Shown: positions 27,586 through 32,000 of the stretch, piece by piece
How positions within the stretch are numbered: position 1 is the first letter of the stretch
Layout of the letters: each line of letters opens with the position of its first letter
Origin: Bdellovibrionales bacterium
Lineage (GTDB): Bacteria > Bdellovibrionota > UBA1018
Direction of reading: 5' to 3'
Assembly (NCBI GenBank): GCA_018266355.1
Contig: JAFEAP010000005.1
Span: 212,546-244,545 of the forward strand
Length of the DNA: 32,000 bases
Program-made: the position numbers and the translations under genes
Notes under the pieces: generated by a model
The model's database searches: none
What the model was told of the DNA's origin: nothing
Seen by the model: the letters and a program-made list of their open reading frames with translations, nothing else

Positions 27586-28572
27586 TTAAAAGCGCTCCGG
27601 CGCGTGCGCGGATTTTTTTCCGAGACCGACGGCACGCGGATATTCCACGCCGAGAAGCAAACTAATGGCGATCAGAAGAGTCAATGCCGCGAAAACCTGA
27701 AGCGGCGTCACGCCCTGACCGGTGTCGCCGAGGGCGAGAAACATCCCGACGAGCGGATAAAGCAGCTCGATGAACGTCGTGAGACTCGCCGGAAGTTGCC
27801 GAAGCCCCACGTAGTAAATCCAGTAGGCGACCGTCTGCGCGACGACGCCGAGGTAGAGCAGCGGCAGAAAAACTTCGGCCGTGAAGATGCGATGCCACGG
27901 CAGCGGAACGTCCTTCACGAACACCACCGCGCCGAGGAAAACGAACGCGATCGCCCACCGCCAAATCAGCACGACCGAGTTCGGATATCGATTCAGCAGC
28001 GCCTTCCCCGCGACCGTCGATCCGCCCCAAATCAGCGTCGCGAGACAAGCGTAGAGCGTTCCCGAAAGGGCCTCGGGATTCTCGTCCATCATCGGAAGCT
28101 CGGAGCGCGCGGTCTGCGAGTAGCTGAGCAGGATCATGTTCAGCACGACCCACACGGCGCACGGGCCGAAAAAGCTCGAGAAACGCTCCTTCAAGAAAAA
28201 CCACGCGAAAACCAGCACGAACGCCGGTTGGAGCATCGTAAAGAGCGTCGCCCCGGCGCCTCCGATCTTCCCGACCGCGACGGTGAAGAACGTGTTCCCG
28301 AGCGCGCTTCCGCCGAGACCGATCGCGAGGAAAAGGAAGATGTCGGTGCGCGAAACTTTTCCCGAGCGCGCGCGAAGCGGCTGCCCCACCTCCACGCGAC
28401 GTTTCGTGAACACCCACGGCAGCAGCGAAAGGAACGCGATTCCGTGTTCGAGGAATCCGACCGCTCGGGCGTCGAGCACGCGTAGGGCCCGTTCGCGGAA
28501 GACGGCGTCGGTCGCGAAGAGCAGCGACCCGAGGACGACGGCGATTCCCGGTACGAACGGTTTAAGCTTCAT
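27586..28572 (-). CDS. EamA/DMT superfamily transporter
   Basis: About ten hydrophobic segments; GGAGATLFTMLQPAFVLVFAWFFLKERFS and second-half repeat TTFIELLYPLVGMFLAL. Confidence 0.88.
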   Translation of the reverse strand: MKLKPFVPGIAVVLGSLLFATDAVFRERALRVLDARAVGFLEHGIAFLSLLPWVFTKRRVEVGQPLRARSGKVSRTDIFLFLAIGLGGSALGNTFFTVAVGKIGGAGATLFTMLQPAFVLVFAWFFLKERFSSFFGPCAVWVVLNMILLSYSQTARSELPMMDENPEALSGTLYACLATLIWGGSTVAGKALLNRYPNSVVLIWRWAIAFVFLGAVVFVKDVPLPWHRIFTAEVFLPLLYLGVVAQTVAYWIYYVGLRQLPASLTTFIELLYPLVGMFLALGDTGQGVTPLQVFAALTLLIAISLLLGVEYPRAVGLGKKSAHAPERF

Positions 28573-28575
28573 CCG

Positions 28576-29133
28576 TCAGAACGCGTAGCCGAACGAGAAA
28601 CCGAGCCACGGCGTGAGACTCCGGCCGGCGACGAGGTATCCCGCCACGCGGAAGAGAAAACCGGTATCGCTGCGGTATTCGTAGCCGCCGCCGACCGTCG
28701 GCATCACCGGAGAAGAGGGAATTTCGAGGTTCCCCGTCGAAGTGTCGGTCCCTTTCACGCTCGAGTGGTTCAGGATGAGGGTCACGCCCGCGGTGACGTA
28801 CGGCGAACCGGCCGCGTTCAGGAAATAGTAGTCGAAATAGGCCGGAAGGAAGGTCGCCGACTTGTTCGCGTCCAGATCCGTGTTGTGAATGTTCATCGAC
28901 GAGGAGCCGAGACCGAATCCGGCCGACATGTTCTCGTTCAGCGCTTGGTCGAAGTTCACCGAGTAGAGCATCGAACGTCCGAGGAGCTCGATCGAAACGA
29001 CGCTCGGATAAGTCGCACGAGTCGCGTTTCCGAGCGGCCGGCCACTGGCGGCGGCGCGGGCCGAGGAAGCTCCGACGGAGGCGGCGGCGAGGATCACGAT
29101 CGAAACGAGCAACGGACGAAGGGACGAACGCAT
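28576..29133 (-). CDS. Small outer-membrane beta-barrel-like protein
   Basis: Signal peptide, alternating amphipathic strands, ends with aromatic residue ...RSLTPWLGFSFGYAF; SD AGGAG. Confidence 0.65.
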   Translation of the reverse strand: MRSSLRPLLVSIVILAAASVGASSARAAASGRPLGNATRATYPSVVSIELLGRSMLYSVNFDQALNENMSAGFGLGSSSMNIHNTDLDANKSATFLPAYFDYYFLNAAGSPYVTAGVTLILNHSSVKGTDTSTGNLEIPSSPVMPTVGGGYEYRSDTGFLFRVAGYLVAGRSLTPWLGFSFGYAF

Positions 29134-29257
29134 GGGATTTCTCCTGAACTTAAGTCATTGAAATTCCCTAGAGCATGCGGTCATTCCCCGAAGGAAACAA
29201 GCCAGCTTGCGCCAAGCCGATCGTGGGATATGACGCCGGACGCCAACCCTCGCCGCG

Positions 29258-29485
29258 CTAGTCGAGCAAGAGGCGATCGCGCAGCCAAGGGTAGAGCGTT
29301 TGCTCCCACCGAAAAATGAAGAAAGCGGCAGAGAGCAGGAGAAAGAATCCGGCGACGATGAACATTCGGACCTTCAGTCGATTGTTCCCGCGACGGCGAA
29401 AAATCATCCCCATTTCACCGAAGATCAGGATCAGCGGGATCGACCAGTAGGGCATGAATTTGATCGCGAGAAAAAGAAATCGCAT
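29258..29485 (-). CDS. Small membrane protein (75 aa), unknown function
   Basis: Two predicted TM helices (MPYWSIPLILIFGEMGMIF; MFIVAGFFLLLSAAFFIF). Confidence 0.6.
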   Translation of the reverse strand: MRFLFLAIKFMPYWSIPLILIFGEMGMIFRRRGNNRLKVRMFIVAGFFLLLSAAFFIFRWEQTLYPWLRDRLLLD

Positions 29486-29587
29486 GGCCTAGGAAAAGTG
29501 TGACCCTTCCCTCGCGCGATCGCAAGCATTCACCCCGGCAAAAGCGCTTCGGAATGATCTCGTCGAACAACCGAACTCGTAGAGACT

Positions 29588-30433
29588 CTAGTGTTTAGAA
29601 TCTTTATGGTCGTCGTCGCGTTTGGAGCGTTCGTCTTTGCGATCGTCGACCCTTTTCGCCTCGTCGCGGTCGTCACGCCCTTGATCATCGCGTTTTTCCA
29701 GGTCGGATCGGCCCTTTTCCGGGCGCTCGGCCGAGTTCTTGCCTTTGGAATCCGTCTCTTTTTTCTCGTCCTTTTTGGCGGCCTTTTCAGCCTCGCGCGC
29801 GCGCTTCCGCTCCTCGCGTTCCTTCTTCTTCGCTTCCCGTTTCGCCTTGCGGGCTTCGCGCCGTTTTGCGCGACGATCGAGTTCGCGATCGTCCACCGGT
29901 TCGTCCGGGTCGTAGCGTTTGATTTGTTTCCATGCGAACTCGAACTTTTCCGGAGTACCGACCGGCGGAATCACCTGCACTTCGATCGTGTGCTCGCCTT
30001 CCGGAACCGCACCGACGTCGAAGGACGGAGCCGCGGGGACCGGATCGTCCCCGTCGAAGCGGTATTCGACCTGGCTTTGTAGCGGGGCGACGACGACGAT
30101 TTCGGCCGGACCTTCCTCTTCGTCTTCCGGATAATCGTCGACGATCACCGAGCTCGATGGAGCGGCCGTGACCGGAGAGCCCCGCCCTTCAGAAGGTGGA
30201 GTATTCGAAGCGTCGGCCGGGGCCGGCACCGAGGCAGGAGCTTCCGCCGCCGGCGATCCTTCGCTCGTCGTCGGAGGAATCGACGACGGATTCGTTTCCT
30301 GGATGCTTTGGGCGATCGTCGGAGCCGCGGTGGTCGGAATGTGCACCACCCGCGCGCCACCGCATCCGCTCGCATAAGCGAGCGCGAGGAATACTGCGGC
30401 CGATCTACTCATTCGAGATAAAGGAGACATCAA
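29588..30433 (-). CDS. Lipoprotein with Pro/Ala-rich linker, small beta domain and ~100-aa extremely charged C-terminal tail
   Basis: Lipobox-like ALAYASGC; tail DDRELDRRAKRREARKAKREAKKKEREERKRAREAEKAAKKDEKKE...DDRDEAKRVDDRKDERSKRDDDHKDSKH. Confidence 0.7.
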   Translation of the reverse strand: MMSPLSRMSRSAAVFLALAYASGCGGARVVHIPTTAAPTIAQSIQETNPSSIPPTTSEGSPAAEAPASVPAPADASNTPPSEGRGSPVTAAPSSSVIVDDYPEDEEEGPAEIVVVAPLQSQVEYRFDGDDPVPAAPSFDVGAVPEGEHTIEVQVIPPVGTPEKFEFAWKQIKRYDPDEPVDDRELDRRAKRREARKAKREAKKKEREERKRAREAEKAAKKDEKKETDSKGKNSAERPEKGRSDLEKRDDQGRDDRDEAKRVDDRKDERSKRDDDHKDSKH

Positions 30434-30500
30434 GAACCTGTCGGCGTCCCGGAGCCGAAATCAGAGTTCCTTAAGAATCAGATCGTCAATCGTTTGGCGC

Positions 30501-31661
30501 TTAAGCGAGTAGCGTGCGGAGCGCGGCGACTTGGTCGATTTTTTCCCAAGTGAAATCCGCGTCTTCGCGACCGAAGTGCCCGTACGCCGCCGTCTTCGAA
30601 TAGATCGGACGGAGCAGGTTCAGCGACTCGATGATCCCGGCCGGGCGGAGGCGGAAGACCTCCTTCACCGCGTTTTCGATCTTCTCGAGCGGAGCCTTTT
30701 CGGTCCCGAACGCGTTTACCATCACCGAAACCGGTTCGGCGACGCCGATCGCGTAAGCGAATTGGACGAGGCATTTATCGACGAGGCCCGCGGCCACGAG
30801 ATTCTTCGCGACGTAACGGCCCATGTAGCAAGCCGAGCGATCGACCTTCGTCGGATCTTTGCCCGAGAAGGCGCCGCCGCCGTGAGCGCCGTGTCCGCCG
30901 TACGTATCGACGATGATCTTCCGACCGGTGAGGCCGCAGTCGCCCATCGGACCGCCGATGACGAAACGGCCGGTCGGGTTGATGAAGTATTTCGTTTTGT
31001 TGTCGAGGAGATTTCCCGGGATCGTCTTGCGGATCACTTCTTCGGTGATCGCTTCGTGGATCTGCTTCTGCGAGATCTCTTCGTCGTGCTGGGTGGAAAC
31101 CACGATCGCGTCGACGCGCTTCGGGGTTCCGTTCTCGTATTCGATCGTGACTTGGGTTTTTCCGTCGGGACGGAGCCAAGGAAGCGTTCCGTCTTTCCGG
31201 ACGACGGAGAGACGATGCGCGAGCTTGTGCGAAAGGTCGATCGAGAGCGGCATGAAGTTCTCGGCTTCGCGGACCGCGTAGCCGAACATGATGCCTTGGT
31301 CGCCGGCGCCTTGTTCTTTATGGAGACCTTCGCCGACGTTCACGCCCTGGGCGATGTCGGGCGACTGCCGATCGAGGGTGACCATCACCGCGCAGGTGTT
31401 GTAGTCGAAGCCCTTCCGCGAATCGTCGTAGCCGATCTTTTTGATCGCGGCGCGCGCGATCTGCGCGTAGTCGACGCGGGCGTTCGTCGTAACTTCACCC
31501 GCGATGACGACGAGACCGGTGGTGACGAGGGTTTCGCACGCGACGCGCGAGCGCGGGTCTTGAGTCAGAAGCGCGTCGAGGACGGCGTCCGAGATTTGAT
31601 CCGCGATTTTATCCGGGTGACCTTCGGTCACCGACTCCGACGTGAAAAGAGTGTGGCTCAC
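30501..31661 (-). CDS. metK: S-adenosylmethionine synthetase
   Basis: [70 protein letters not shown]; GTG start. Confidence 0.99.
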   Translation of the reverse strand: MSHTLFTSESVTEGHPDKIADQISDAVLDALLTQDPRSRVACETLVTTGLVVIAGEVTTNARVDYAQIARAAIKKIGYDDSRKGFDYNTCAVMVTLDRQSPDIAQGVNVGEGLHKEQGAGDQGIMFGYAVREAENFMPLSIDLSHKLAHRLSVVRKDGTLPWLRPDGKTQVTIEYENGTPKRVDAIVVSTQHDEEISQKQIHEAITEEVIRKTIPGNLLDNKTKYFINPTGRFVIGGPMGDCGLTGRKIIVDTYGGHGAHGGGAFSGKDPTKVDRSACYMGRYVAKNLVAAGLVDKCLVQFAYAIGVAEPVSVMVNAFGTEKAPLEKIENAVKEVFRLRPAGIIESLNLLRPIYSKTAAYGHFGREDADFTWEKIDQVAALRTLLA

Positions 31662-31673
31662 GTGCAGTGCCGA

Positions 31674-31799
31674 TTAATCGATGTGGATCGAGAACTTCGG
31701 GGTCGTGCCGTTGTTTTGTTGGTCTTTTTTGCGCGCCTTGCCCTTGTTGTGGCGGCGGACTTTGCGGGCATTGCGGGTTTTACCGGTACGAGAAGACAT
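31674..31799 (-). CDS. Small highly basic protein (41 aa), unknown function
   Basis: Manual translation MSSRTGKTRNARKVRRHNKGKARKKDQQNNGTTPKFSIHID; SD GAGGT before the ATG; 12 nt upstream of the metK start; below the ORF-track length cutoff. Confidence 0.55.
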   Translation of the reverse strand: MSSRTGKTRNARKVRRHNKGKARKKDQQNNGTTPKFSIHID

Positions 31800-31857
31800 G
31801 TTCGACCTCTAAATATTGATGATGAAAAGAGTCTCGGAACTTAGCCGAATCTCCCTA

Positions 31858-31880
31858 ACCGGTCAATCGCCACGACCGGT
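31858..31880. other. Inverted repeat in the divergent intergenic region
   Basis: ACCGGTC-AATCGCCAC-GACCGGT, perfect 7-bp arms. Confidence 0.45.
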
Positions 31881-31940
31881 CATCTCGACGCTCTTTCTGG
31901 CCGCGGACTTGCGTTCGGAAATCCCCTCGGAGGGACCTGA

Positions 31941-32000
31941 ATGGAAAAAATCATCCGTCGCCCTATTTTTCCGTCTTTTTTGGTCGGTTTTTACTTTTGG
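31941..32000 (+). CDS. Start of a plus-strand gene, partial, probable membrane protein
   Basis: MEKIIRRPIFPSFLVGFYFW with SD GGAGGG 8 nt upstream; runs off the window. Confidence 0.5.
   Translation, partial: MEKIIRRPIFPSFLVGFYFW

Noticed and set aside
30531-31844. 437-aa plus-strand ORF opposite metK
   Set aside because: Antisense to highly conserved metK; length is due to codon bias.

Overview
The window is dominated by a minus-strand chemosensory-free flagellar core gene cluster. In transcription order (high to low coordinate) it reads flgB-flgC-fliE-fliF-fliG-fliH-fliI, then an unrelated plus-strand gene, then fliJ-motE-like-fliK-flgD-TIGR02530-like-flgE-fliL-fliM-fliN-fliO (runs off the left edge). 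Upstream of flgB lie a receiver-less sigma-54 activator and a large TPR protein. The right part holds a plus-strand MCE/Mla-type lipid transport operon (lipoprotein, MlaE, MlaF, MlaD). It also holds a cysteine-rich modular secreted protein, a second receiver-less sigma-54 activator, a beta-barrel protein next to an EamA/DMT transporter, a lipoprotein with a highly charged tail, metK, and a 41-aa basic protein missed by the ORF track. The organisation resembles delta-proteobacterial/Bdellovibrionota-like genomes (inference only). No CRISPR, mobile element, tRNA or rRNA was recognised. The best second-look items are: the orphan exported protein gene splitting fliI from fliJ; the 4+4+4+2 cysteine-module secreted protein; two sigma-54 activators without sensory domains together with a sigma-54-like promoter upstream of flgB; the structured flgE leader; and the hidden 41-aa ORF. 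I do not see convincing evidence for a wholly new multi-gene system.
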